Shown one piece after another: positions 49,105 through 58,639 of a stretch of DNA of 64,000 nt; positions within the stretch are counted from its first letter, which is position 1, and every line of letters begins with the position of its first letter. The stretch spans positions 384,001 through 448,000 of the forward strand of contig JBEKVV010000002.1 of NCBI GenBank assembly GCA_049513715.1. Reading direction: 5' to 3'. This DNA is from Candidatus Bathyarchaeia archaeon (GTDB taxonomy: Archaea > Thermoproteota > Bathyarchaeia > 40CM-2-53-6). The position numbers and the translations under genes were made by a program. The notes under the pieces are model-generated. The model ran no database searches. It worked only from the letters and a program-made list of their open reading frames with translations, and was not told the origin of the DNA.

Positions 49105-50558
49105 AAATCCTCCGCAAAGAAGGCGACAGCATACACCTACTGAGCTTCCCCGACGAAGAGGTCGAGAAAGGGGACTACCTGTTAGTCACTGACCGAATCA
49201 AGGACCGCTCCCTAATCGTGCAAATCATCGACGTGCAATACGCCAACATACCGGGCATTCTAGAGGACATGTTACGCGACGGCATTTCAGAGGGGTCCTT
49301 TTCGGGGGACGATGTGGACCCGTTCAAAGTATCCTCCCAGATCACAGTTCTGAAGGACACCCGACTTCTGCTGGGAAAGATACGGGGCGCGTTAGAGCAA
49401 GGCCACCTTAGCCGAGACGTCGCATGGCTGCCGTCCCGGAACCATTCGCAGGTGCAAGTCATGCCCCCAAAACTCCTAACAGACTCTCTGGCGGGCAGAC
49501 ACTCATTCGAACTTGGATCCACTCGCCGTTTCCCACACATCGTCTCTGACTTGGCCGCCCTAGATGGGAGATTGAACATAGTTACCGGAAGGAAAGGCAC
49601 CGGGAAATCCCATCTCACAAAACTCCTCGTTACGAGCCTCGTGAAAGAGGGGGCGCCCGTGATTGTCTTCGACGTAAATGGGGAATATGTGAACCTAGGG
49701 AGGACCTCGGATGGCCGCGAAATGCACCTTTCACCAAAAATCATTTCACTTATCCCCGGCATCAACCTGAGATTCAGTCTCAGCCAAGTCGGCCTGGCCA
49801 CGCTCCTTGGAACTCTGATTTACGCCCTCTCCCTCCCGGAAAACTCAGCCCGGGTGTTCGCAAGGATCTGGCGCGACCTCGAAGAGCAGAACCAACTAAC
49901 TATGACAGGCCTCGGCGCAGCCATAGCCAATTCCGACTGCCACGACAGCATTAAGGACGCTCTGCAGGCCAGGTTCAACACGCTCGACGATTCAGGCATA
50001 TTCACTGACGACCATCGCACAGCCCTCAACTTAGAAGATGTATTCCGAAACCACTCATCCGGCTGCGCGTTAGTAGTCAACATGAAGAACCAGTACTCAG
50101 CTATGCGCCGAATCACAGTCGAACTCCTAATCAGCAAACTAACAGAACTACTCTCAACCCAAAAGTTACGTGCGCTCTTCCTGTTCGCTGAAGAGGCTCA
50201 CTTGTACCTTCGCGAAACCTACTGGGACGATGTTGTCACAAGAATGCGCCATCTGGGCATGTTCACAACCTTCGTAACCAATCAGCCAGACACAATCCAA
50301 AGCAGCATCTATCGGCAAGCCGACAATGTCTTTCTCTTTAATTTCAGTAATGACCATGACCTTGACATCGTTTCAAAGGTTGCAAAGGTCGACGCCGACA
50401 CAATCAGAATGATCGTCCGAGACCTTCCTCCGCACAGATGTTTGGTAATAGGAGACGTTGTTGCAAACTTTCCGCTAGTCGTAAACATACGCCCACTTGA
50501 AGTGCAGACCCTAGGCGCTACGCGCTACTTCTTCGAAAACCAACTGGCCGCGGTTTAA
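49086..50558 (+). CDS. herA: HerA/DUF87 helicase-ATPase
   Basis: N-terminal HAS-barrel-like region, GRKGTGKS, FDVNGEY, FAEEAH, RMRHLG, TNQP. Confidence 0.88.
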   Translation: MGGLALKILRKEGDSIHLLSFPDEEVEKGDYLLVTDRIKDRSLIVQIIDVQYANIPGILEDMLRDGISEGSFSGDDVDPFKVSSQITVLKDTRLLLGKIRGALEQGHLSRDVAWLPSRNHSQVQVMPPKLLTDSLAGRHSFELGSTRRFPHIVSDLAALDGRLNIVTGRKGTGKSHLTKLLVTSLVKEGAPVIVFDVNGEYVNLGRTSDGREMHLSPKIISLIPGINLRFSLSQVGLATLLGTLIYALSLPENSARVFARIWRDLEEQNQLTMTGLGAAIANSDCHDSIKDALQARFNTLDDSGIFTDDHRTALNLEDVFRNHSSGCALVVNMKNQYSAMRRITVELLISKLTELLSTQKLRALFLFAEEAHLYLRETYWDDVVTRMRHLGMFTTFVTNQPDTIQSSIYRQADNVFLFNFSNDHDLDIVSKVAKVDADTIRMIVRDLPPHRCLVIGDVVANFPLVVNIRPLEVQTLGATRYFFENQLAAV

Positions 50559-50701
50559 CGCGCGGCAGTCAGCTCTGGCTCAGGAACAACATGCAGCTCA
50601 TGGCCATGGGTTGTTGTGTGGAAGAAACAGTAGGGTTGTCCACATTCGGAGCATGTCCACTGAGCGGGGCTGATGCACATGAATGAAGCACATCGACTCA
50701 T
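50555..50701 (-). CDS. Small Cys/His zinc-finger protein (AN1-like)
   Basis: MSRCASFMC......CSECGQPYCFFH....HGH. ATG at 50701 is preferred. Confidence 0.5.
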   Translation of the reverse strand: MSRCASFMCISPAQWTCSECGQPYCFFHTTTHGHELHVVPEPELTAAR

Positions 50702-50924
50702 ATTCACACCACAAGATTTTCCCGGAGCATGCCGAAATCCGATATAAGACTTGCCGGAATGGTCGCAGAACAACGCAACCAGGGGTTCGCCAACGAAAAT
50801 TATAATAATTCTTCTAAGAAGCGATAAATCTGCTTCCAACTGACATTCAAAAGTAGCAAAGTAACAAAGTAACAATACACATATCTAGTCTCATTGTACA
50901 AAACTGTTCGTTGGGGCGACTACG

Positions 50925-51281
50925 TTGAAAGAAATAGCGCCCGAACGAATTTTCAACCTTCACCCAAAGATCAGGTGGGCAGGTTTGGCGAGTGATGGCG
51001 GAGATCTCTTGTTCTCCAAGATGAGGTCAAACGTTGAAAGCATCTCACCACAAGCCACGGACGAGTCGTTTATGCAATTGGGGCCAATGCTGTTATCGGG
51101 GATATGTGAACGCCTTGCTTCATGTGCCGGTCCCCTTGACAATGTTGTGAGCACGTACGAAAAAGTAGCGTTGATTGTAAAGAGGCTCGGGAACCGATAC
51201 CTTGCGATCACTATCAACAGGTCTGACGAGTCAGTCCTACCCGAAATAATCGAGAAGTTGCAGGAATTATCCGCGGAATAG
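50925..51281 (+). CDS. Hypothetical protein, roadblock/profilin-like fold
   Basis: IRWAGL...G.LL...MR, G.L..VV..YEKV..I, LAITI pattern. Confidence 0.6.
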   Translation: MKEIAPERIFNLHPKIRWAGLASDGGDLLFSKMRSNVESISPQATDESFMQLGPMLLSGICERLASCAGPLDNVVSTYEKVALIVKRLGNRYLAITINRSDESVLPEIIEKLQELSAE

Positions 51282-51582
51282 CCAAAACCATTACTCTGAT
51301 GCGTCTCGAAAAGTATGGCTTTCCGAATGTGAAAAGACTATATACGATGCCACGAATCATTTCACACAGCATTGGAGGTGTTGAGTCTTACCAACTCACG
51401 GATCGTTGACAAAGGCCGGGAAAGTCCGCTCGCAGACTCCCAAAGTCCAAGCACGTGAACGCCACTCCCCCATCCCGAAGATAAGGGTTAGGCGGAACGC
51501 GGAGAAGCGCATTGACTTGGGACGCAAGCCAGGCCAGAACTACATGCGAACCTAAACTCTCGCAACCTTTCCCACCCTTCTT

Positions 51583-52248
51583 CTAGACTGCATCTAAGAA
51601 GGGACGTATTTTCCTGTAAACTTCTAGCAGGCTATCGGTTCGGGCCATTAGGTCCGCACTATCCGAAACTGTCCGGTTCTTCGGGTTCAGGGCCATTGAG
51701 AGGCCTACTGCCTTAAACACGGGTATGTCGTTATTCCAATCTCCAACATGAATACACTTAGAAAGCGAGATCCCTCTCTCCCTACAGAATTTTCTAAGCG
51801 GCGAAGACTTATCGTCAGCAATCTTAGCTCTTCCAGTGAACGTTCCTCGACGCAGAACGCCCGTAGAGCCCAATGTCGTATCAAAACCAAACTGTAAGAA
51901 AAATCGGGAAAGAAAAGTCAGGTTATCGCTAAGGACGATGACCCTTAAGCCGTGCGCTTTGAAGCTTTCAACCGTTCTGCGAATCCACTTGATCCTCGGA
52001 ACAGCACTCACCAAGCGCAGTAGCTCGTTGACCTTGTGTCCGCCAAACAGCGCAAACTGTTTCTTCAAGCACTCCGCCTTGCTGATTCGGCCCCTATTGA
52101 GCAACTCGTCGTAGTACTCTAATTCTCTCTCAATGTCCAACTTGCGGGCTAGAACTCGTAATGTCGGCTCCCTTACGAGGGTGCCATCCAGGTCGAAGGA
52201 GATTAACCGGAACTGTTGATGCGTAGGACTAGGCCTCGGAGGGTATAT
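51583..52248 (-). CDS. HAD phosphoserine phosphatase-like hydrolase (start uncertain)
   Basis: In-frame LISFDLDGTL lies upstream of the ORF-track start at 52140; LSDN, DK and HVGDWNND are present. Confidence 0.75.
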   Translation of the reverse strand: MYPPRPSPTHQQFRLISFDLDGTLVREPTLRVLARKLDIERELEYYDELLNRGRISKAECLKKQFALFGGHKVNELLRLVSAVPRIKWIRRTVESFKAHGLRVIVLSDNLTFLSRFFLQFGFDTTLGSTGVLRRGTFTGRAKIADDKSSPLRKFCRERGISLSKCIHVGDWNNDIPVFKAVGLSMALNPKNRTVSDSADLMARTDSLLEVYRKIRPFLDAV

Positions 52249-52611
52249 GGAGCTACGTACTCGGAACGTCTAGCAGATTAGTTTTCCTAGACCAAGAAGC
52301 TGAAAAGCTTCTTGAAACGTGAAATCTTTTTCCTGTACGACCCGAGAGACATGATGTCCTCGGTATCATCTAGACTACACAAGTACCCTCACTTCAAGCT
52401 CCAAAAGAGCCGTCAGTGGATTAAAGGGGTTATGTAACCCTTCGACCGGTCGAGAACGGTAACACATAACCCACTATGATTAGTGTCAAGACTTTTCGCG
52501 ACTCAAAATCGAAAATGCTTGACGGTTCGAGGAATAGACTACTTGGGCCACCGCCACTGCGTTCTCATCCAGCTTCATAAGTTGGGTTTTGAATAAGTCG
52601 AGGAGATTGTA

Positions 52612-53571
52612 GTGAAAGCGATTCAAGTTCGAGCGTTTGGCGGTCCTGAAGTAATGCAGTTAGAGGACGTACCCGACCTTCATCCCGGTCCCAAGCAGGT
52701 TCTGGTTGGAGTGAAGGCCGCAGGCGTCAACCCCACCGATACCTACACGCGGTCGGGCATGACAAGAAAGCCTCCGTTACCCTACACACCAGGTATAGAT
52801 GCAGCAGGCGTCGTAGAATCCGTCGGCGAAGGTGTCACTACCACAAAAGTTGGCGCACGAGTCTACCTCTCCGGCACGATCAGCGGGACGTATGCGGAAC
52901 AGACGCTCTGCGAAGAATACCAAGTACACCCATTACCTGAGAACATGTCGTTCGCGCAAGGTGCGGCAGTCAATATTCCCTATGCTACGGCTTACAGGGC
53001 GCTCTTCCAACTCGCCAAAGCCACACCCGGGGAGACCGTTCTCATTCACGGAGCGACAGGCGGCGTCGGGATCGCCGCAACACAGCTGGCACGCGCTGCC
53101 GGAATGAAAATCATCGGAACAGGGGGCACCGAAAGAGGCAGAATCCTCGTGACCGAGCAGGGCGCTCATCACGTGTTGGACCACCGAGCACCAGACTATC
53201 TCGATGAAATTCAATCATTGACCAAGGGTCACGGCGTTGACGTAGTTCTTGAGATGCTCGCCAACATAAACCTCGACAAGGATTTGAAACTCTTAGCAAT
53301 TGGCGGAAGGGTAGTCGTAATCGGCAGCCGGGGGAGAATAGAGATTGACCCGAGGGATACTATGATGCGCGATGCTTCAGTTCTGGGCATGCTTCTCTTC
53401 AACGTCTCACCGCGAGAAGCAAACTGTATTCACGCCGCTCTCGTTGCAGGCTTAGAAAATGGCACGTTGCGCCCCGTTATTGGGAAGGAGATGTCGCTTG
53501 CAGAGGCGCCGCGTGCACACCGCGAGATAATGGAGCCCGGCGCCTACGGCAAAATAGTTCTGATCCCGTGA
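52612..53571 (+). CDS. qor: NADPH:quinone oxidoreductase (zeta-crystallin family)
   Basis: MKAI....FGGPEV, GVNP.D, PG.DAAG, HGATGGVG, GKIVL. Confidence 0.92.
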   Translation: MKAIQVRAFGGPEVMQLEDVPDLHPGPKQVLVGVKAAGVNPTDTYTRSGMTRKPPLPYTPGIDAAGVVESVGEGVTTTKVGARVYLSGTISGTYAEQTLCEEYQVHPLPENMSFAQGAAVNIPYATAYRALFQLAKATPGETVLIHGATGGVGIAATQLARAAGMKIIGTGGTERGRILVTEQGAHHVLDHRAPDYLDEIQSLTKGHGVDVVLEMLANINLDKDLKLLAIGGRVVVIGSRGRIEIDPRDTMMRDASVLGMLLFNVSPREANCIHAALVAGLENGTLRPVIGKEMSLAEAPRAHREIMEPGAYGKIVLIP

Positions 53572-53644
53572 AGTTTCCTTCTGCGACCCAGATAACAACG
53601 TGGTTGAGTTCTATACGATCAAAGAGGAACGCAAATAGAGAATT

Positions 53645-53773
53645 TGGCGGGCCCGGAGGGATTCGAACCCTCGACCTCCGGCTTGCTGTCAAGATTGTTG
53701 CGTCTGTCCGCAGGCTTACGCGAGAATGCTCCTGGTTCTCTCAGCGTCCTAATCCGGACTAGACTACGGGCCC
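53645..53773 (-). tRNA. tRNA-Arg(GCG) with two introns (29/30: 53716-53741; 37/38: 53684-53707)
   Basis: Acceptor GGGCCCG/CGGGCCC-G-CCA and T-arm GAGGG-TTCGAAT-CCCTC. The spliced anticodon arm reads CTGGC-CT-GCG-GA-GCCGG. Confidence 0.88.
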
Positions 53774-53825
53774 TGTGCTGCTGATTACGGGGTGAGGTTA
53801 AAGAATTGTTCTGGTACTAGCGAGA

Positions 53826-55457
53826 TCAGGTTGAGGGGACTTTTGCGACGGCTCGCTCCAATGCGCTAGCAACGTTCGCGCTTCCCATCGCCTTAATGTA
53901 AGGACCAAGGCGGGGGCCTCTCGGTGCTCCCAACAATATTGTGTAGAGCAAGCGGAAAAACTCAGGCGGGTCTATGGAGTATTTGCTGGCCAAATTGAAG
54001 ATGGCGTTCTGGATAACTCTCTCATCAGTTTCCGACTTCACAACCGCGATAAGGTCTTCAATAGCGAGTCTCTGCGGGTTTGTGATTTCAATTTTGGTTT
54101 CGGCTATCTCTCGGAAATCCTTCGCCCAATTCACGGCGTAGTTTACTTCTTCGTCTATCTCGGCCGGTTTGTTATCTTTGAAGTATCCGTATTCCTTGAG
54201 TTTGGTTTCGATGTACTCCTTTCGCTTGTCTGGTGGTGCGACGGTAACCAGGTACACGAGCAAGTTGTATGGAACGTGCTTTTGCGGGGAGGGGGGTGGT
54301 TTCAAGAGCCATGAGTATTCATAGAGCCCTCTCAGTTTCGATGATTCCTTCTCATCCGGAATTTTCTTGAGTCCGAAATAAATTTCCTCTAACTGGTTTA
54401 GTTCGTTCACGTAAACCGGTATGTCCTCGACGCCGATGTTTCGGGCGCCGGTAATTCGTTTGAACATCAGCAGGTTTAGCGAGGTTGGTGGGGCATACTT
54501 GAACCATTGCTGAGGTGTCAGAATATCCGCGGATCGGGATTTGGAGATCTTCTTCCCGCCTTTGCCCAAGAACAGTTCGTACCGCACATGGAAGGGAGCA
54601 GGGTATTCGAGAATTTCTTGGCAAATTCGGTCATTGACGCGAACCGAATCGGTAAGCTCCTTTCCGAAGGCTTCGAAGTTGATCTTCAACGCTTCCCATC
54701 GGGCAGCGAACTCACCTTTCCAAGGTAGCTTGCCGTGGCCGTCTTTGATGTCTGTTTCACCTTTGTATCCGCAGCCCTGAATTGTGGATCCCCTAATCTC
54801 CGCGTCTCCTTCGCAATCGTACATCACCCTGTCAGTCTTAGCGTTGAATTTTCTGGCTCGGGTCGTGTAGATCCTGCCGCAGGAACCGCATACTGGAAAG
54901 TATGGGAGAACGGCCGTGTACTTCTCTTGGCCCACCTCTTCTTTGACGATTCTGCCGACGAGATCAGCAGCGGCGAGGATCTTGCGGATCTGCTCTGTGA
55001 ACAATCCCTTCATGTAATCCTCAGCGCCTGAATGAAAGACGTATTCTACGCCGCACTTGTCCATGGCCTCTTTCAGGAGAGAGTTCATGTGTGAACTGTA
55101 GTTTGGGTGACAGTTGTAGGGGTCCGGGATCGCAGAAACCGGATGGCCCAAGTATTTCTTCAGAGACTCCGGCATGCCCGCGGGGACTTTCCTCAAACCG
55201 TCCATGTCGTCGGAGAAGGCGATGAATTCGGATTTCCTTCCCTGGGTCTCCAGGGCCAGTTTAACCCCGTATGCTCTAATGACGTCACCTAAGCTTCCAA
55301 CGTGTGGAATCCCTGAAGCTCCTAGGCCGCTTTCGGTTCGTAGAACGTCAGCCTTTCGTCCCAGCTCCTGTTCTCGTTGGAGAGCTCGATGAGCGACCAT
55401 ATCCAGCCAAGTACCGCGGCCTATGATCTCCGCTTTCATGTTGCCCCCCAACTCCAC
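53826..55457 (-). CDS. lysS: Lysine--tRNA ligase, class I
   Basis: SG.GASGIPHVGS (HIGH-like), SDDMDGLRKVP, GKLPWK, KISKS, GPRLG. Confidence 0.95.
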   Translation of the reverse strand: MELGGNMKAEIIGRGTWLDMVAHRALQREQELGRKADVLRTESGLGASGIPHVGSLGDVIRAYGVKLALETQGRKSEFIAFSDDMDGLRKVPAGMPESLKKYLGHPVSAIPDPYNCHPNYSSHMNSLLKEAMDKCGVEYVFHSGAEDYMKGLFTEQIRKILAAADLVGRIVKEEVGQEKYTAVLPYFPVCGSCGRIYTTRARKFNAKTDRVMYDCEGDAEIRGSTIQGCGYKGETDIKDGHGKLPWKGEFAARWEALKINFEAFGKELTDSVRVNDRICQEILEYPAPFHVRYELFLGKGGKKISKSRSADILTPQQWFKYAPPTSLNLLMFKRITGARNIGVEDIPVYVNELNQLEEIYFGLKKIPDEKESSKLRGLYEYSWLLKPPPSPQKHVPYNLLVYLVTVAPPDKRKEYIETKLKEYGYFKDNKPAEIDEEVNYAVNWAKDFREIAETKIEITNPQRLAIEDLIAVVKSETDERVIQNAIFNLASKYSIDPPEFFRLLYTILLGAPRGPRLGPYIKAMGSANVASALERAVAKVPST

Positions 55458-55565
55458 GCTGACTTCCCTATTGGTGTTAGTAAAGGTTGCAACGGATATT
55501 CTTTATAGCCACAACATGTTACCCTAGCGAAACCTCCACAACGAAGACGCAGGGAAGTCTTTAGA

Positions 55566-56126
55566 ATGCCAATGAACCCAACGCTGAAGAAGCTTGCAGC
55601 CATAGTAGGAGTTACCGCGGTTTTGTTTCTACTCGACTGGTTCTACGTTATCTACGTAACCGCACACGGCTTCGAAGTCAAAGTACAGGAATTCGCATTG
55701 GGTGGGTTCAAGTTATCTATCCCCCTTCAATGGCTCACGGTCATCGGCATAGTTCTCGTCTCGTTGGTGGGCTGGTACGAAGTTTCATACAGATTATTCC
55801 CTAGGCGCGGTGTGCTCGAACTCGACCCGTTAGCCAATTTGCGGTTGCTGCGTGTGGTCATATTCTCGGTGGCGCTTTTCGTTTTCATCCTTTACATCCC
55901 TAGCCTAATTGGGTCGAATTGGTTCTGGGCTAGGTTAAGTGACGCAGGGAGGAGCATATCCCAGGTGAAGGGTTTCGGTCTATCATTGCTCAGCACCGAC
56001 GAATCCGCTATGGGCCTCAATCCATTGTTGCAATATTCAGTCACCCAAGTGTTTGCGGGTGCGGCGTTAGTATTTTCAACTTGGGCTTTCGCGCGCCGTC
56101 AGAAACGACCGCGAAAGTTAAGATGA
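55566..56126 (+). CDS. Hypothetical membrane protein
   Basis: About four hydrophobic segments and a basic C-terminus. Confidence 0.65.
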   Translation: MPMNPTLKKLAAIVGVTAVLFLLDWFYVIYVTAHGFEVKVQEFALGGFKLSIPLQWLTVIGIVLVSLVGWYEVSYRLFPRRGVLELDPLANLRLLRVVIFSVALFVFILYIPSLIGSNWFWARLSDAGRSISQVKGFGLSLLSTDESAMGLNPLLQYSVTQVFAGAALVFSTWAFARRQKRPRKLR

Positions 56127-56211
56127 GCCTGTCAAGACCGACGGATGCCTCAAACGTCTTAAAGAGGCTAAAGTCTGCCTTAGGGAAACACACAACTCGA
56201 CGGTTACTCGC

Positions 56212-56442
56212 ATGTCCAATCAGTGCCCACTTTGCGATAGGCCCAAGAAAAACGGTTCAGAGTACTGCGTTTTACATTTCGTGGCCTTGGTGAATCTGGA
56301 CAACGCCTACTTGGTTTGGAAGAAAGCATTCGGAGATATCCCAAGGGCCGAGTATTTCGCGAAGGTCGAGGCTCTCCCAGAAACAGGCTTGGCAGCGAAG
56401 AATCTCATCCATCACCTGCGCGAAAAGGGAGCAGTTGCGTAA
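56212..56442 (+). CDS. Small hypothetical protein (CxxC...CxxH) upstream of topA
   Basis: CPLC...YCVLH; abuts the topA start. Confidence 0.65.
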   Translation: MSNQCPLCDRPKKNGSEYCVLHFVALVNLDNAYLVWKKAFGDIPRAEYFAKVEALPETGLAAKNLIHHLREKGAVA

Positions 56443-58605
56443 TTGTCTACGACACTCATAATCACGGAGAAACCGGACGCGGCCTTGCACGTGGCCGAAG
56501 CCCTCAGCGCCAGTCACAAACCAAAGAAGATGAGCGTCAACAGAGTGCCCTTCTTTGAAGTTGAGAGGGAAAATGAGCGGATTCTGGTTTGTTCCGCGCT
56601 AGGCCATCTTTACGCTGTAGCGGAGAAGGAAACCGGCGCACGGTCACAGTACCCGGTTTGGGACTACTCGTGGAAGCCCAAACACGAAATTGAGAGAGCG
56701 CAGCAGAGGCAGGAACTTTGGATTCAGTCGATCGAGAAGGTGTCGAAAGAAGCCGATCGTTTCATCAACGCCTGTGATTATGATCGCGAAGGTTCAACAA
56801 TTGGTTATACAATTCTGAAGTACGCATGTGGGGGAGCAGAGCAGAAAGCACAAAGGATGAAGTTCTCCACACTCACTGTGAAAGAACTCCGTGAAGCTTA
56901 CGACAAGGTTCTCCCGAAACTTGACTTCGGATTGGCTTTCGCTGGAATGTGCAGGCACGAGGTCGATTGGCTTTACGGGATTAATCTTTCTCGTGCCCTC
57001 ACTCAATCCGCTTTGAAAGCGAGCAATCGTTACTTAACCCTAAGCACCGGCAGGGTTCAAGGTCCAACATTACGTTTCATTGTTGACCGCGAGCTGGAAA
57101 TCGTCACCTTCGTCCCGACACCCTATTGGGTTCTCAAGACTACCGTTGACGTGGACGGCCAACGAATACAGGCGGAGTACGAGGTTGAACGGTTTGACGT
57201 CAAGGCCGAAGCTGAACGGGTGATCAAGGACTGCGCCGGAAAGGTTGGCGTGTTGGAGAAACTTGAATCCGGCACGTACCGGATCTCGCCCCCAACCCCA
57301 TTCGACCTATCGACACTACAGTCTGAAGCGTACAGGCACTTCGGATACACACCACGACTCGCATTGGGAATCGCAGAACGCCTCTACCTGGACCAGTTGA
57401 TCTCGTATCCACGAACTTCCAGCCAGAAACTGCCACCCTCTATAGGGTACGAGGGCGTCCTGAAAGGGCTCGGTCACATGGAAACGTATCGAAGAGAGGC
57501 CGCTGAGCTTCTCGCATCGAAACCTTTAGTCCCCAACCAAGGGAAGAAGGACGACCCCGCACATCCCGCCGTGTACCCCACGGGAACAATTCCAAGCGCA
57601 TTGGAGAGTCGCGGGCAGAAACTCTTCGACCTGGTTGTAAGAAGGTTTCTAGCCACGTTCGGAGAAGGGGCTACAAAGCAAAGCGACAAGGCCACCATCA
57701 AAGTGGACGAACATTCTTTCTTCCTTCGCGGTTCAAGAATCTTGAAGAAAGGCTGGATTCGCTTCTATGGACCCTACGCGAAATTCGAAGAAGTAACACT
57801 CCCCTCACTAAAAGAGGGACAAGCGATCAAGATCCTCGAAATCAAACTCGAGGAGAAATACACTCAGCCCCCGCCACGCTTCAACCCGAGCAGCTTGCTG
57901 AAAGCGATGGAGGAGACTGAGATTGGAACGAAGGCAACACGCGCAGACATCATTGAAACACTCTACCGCCGAGGCTACGTGAAGGACCAGAGAATGGTAG
58001 CCACGCCATTGGCGTTCAGGGTAACTGAGATTCTAATGAAATACTGCCCAAAGGTTGTGGACGTTGACTTCACCCGCGAACTCGAGTCCAAGATGGACGA
58101 AATTGAGGCGGGTACGCAAAGCCGAGAACAAGTTGTCCTCGACACAGTCGACTACCTCAAACCAATCGTTGAAGGCCTGAAAGCCAAGGAAGAAGAGATC
58201 GGCAAAGAACTAACAACAATAATCAGAGACATGTGGACTACCTCAGTCACTCTATCCGTCCCCTGCCCCAGTTGCGGCTCGACTCTCAGAGTTGTCAAGA
58301 ACCCGAAAAGCAAGAAACGCTTCATCGGATGCGCTGGAAAATGGAAGACGAACTGCACATTCAGCCTTCCCCTACCACAGTTCGGGACGCTAACGCTCTT
58401 GGAGAAACGTTGCCCGGGATGCGGCTTTCAACTAGTCCAAGTAAAATCAAAAGGCCAACGCCCAATGGTTTCATGCTCAATGTGCTACACCAGAAGGACA
58501 CGGACAACGAAACCCGCGGAAGCGGTAGCCGTGAAGCCACAGTTAGCGAAGCCAGACCTCACACGCAGACTTCAAACAACCCATGTCCTGAAAAGCCGGA
58601 AATGA
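56443..58605 (+). CDS. topA: DNA topoisomerase I (type IA)
   Basis: ITEKP, GHL, ACDYDREG, STGRVQGPTL, ISYPRT (catalytic Tyr), AHPA, GTKATR and Zn ribbons. Confidence 0.96.
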   Translation: MSTTLIITEKPDAALHVAEALSASHKPKKMSVNRVPFFEVERENERILVCSALGHLYAVAEKETGARSQYPVWDYSWKPKHEIERAQQRQELWIQSIEKVSKEADRFINACDYDREGSTIGYTILKYACGGAEQKAQRMKFSTLTVKELREAYDKVLPKLDFGLAFAGMCRHEVDWLYGINLSRALTQSALKASNRYLTLSTGRVQGPTLRFIVDRELEIVTFVPTPYWVLKTTVDVDGQRIQAEYEVERFDVKAEAERVIKDCAGKVGVLEKLESGTYRISPPTPFDLSTLQSEAYRHFGYTPRLALGIAERLYLDQLISYPRTSSQKLPPSIGYEGVLKGLGHMETYRREAAELLASKPLVPNQGKKDDPAHPAVYPTGTIPSALESRGQKLFDLVVRRFLATFGEGATKQSDKATIKVDEHSFFLRGSRILKKGWIRFYGPYAKFEEVTLPSLKEGQAIKILEIKLEEKYTQPPPRFNPSSLLKAMEETEIGTKATRADIIETLYRRGYVKDQRMVATPLAFRVTEILMKYCPKVVDVDFTRELESKMDEIEAGTQSREQVVLDTVDYLKPIVEGLKAKEEEIGKELTTIIRDMWTTSVTLSVPCPSCGSTLRVVKNPKSKKRFIGCAGKWKTNCTFSLPLPQFGTLTLLEKRCPGCGFQLVQVKSKGQRPMVSCSMCYTRRTRTTKPAEAVAVKPQLAKPDLTRRLQTTHVLKSRK

Positions 58606-58639
58606 GCCCTGCACGGAGGCGCGTAAGATCAAAAAGTAT

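Noticed and set aside
51381..51555. TGA readthrough extension of the small SD-led ORF
   Set aside because: An in-frame TAG follows about 10 codons later, so there is no meaningful extension.
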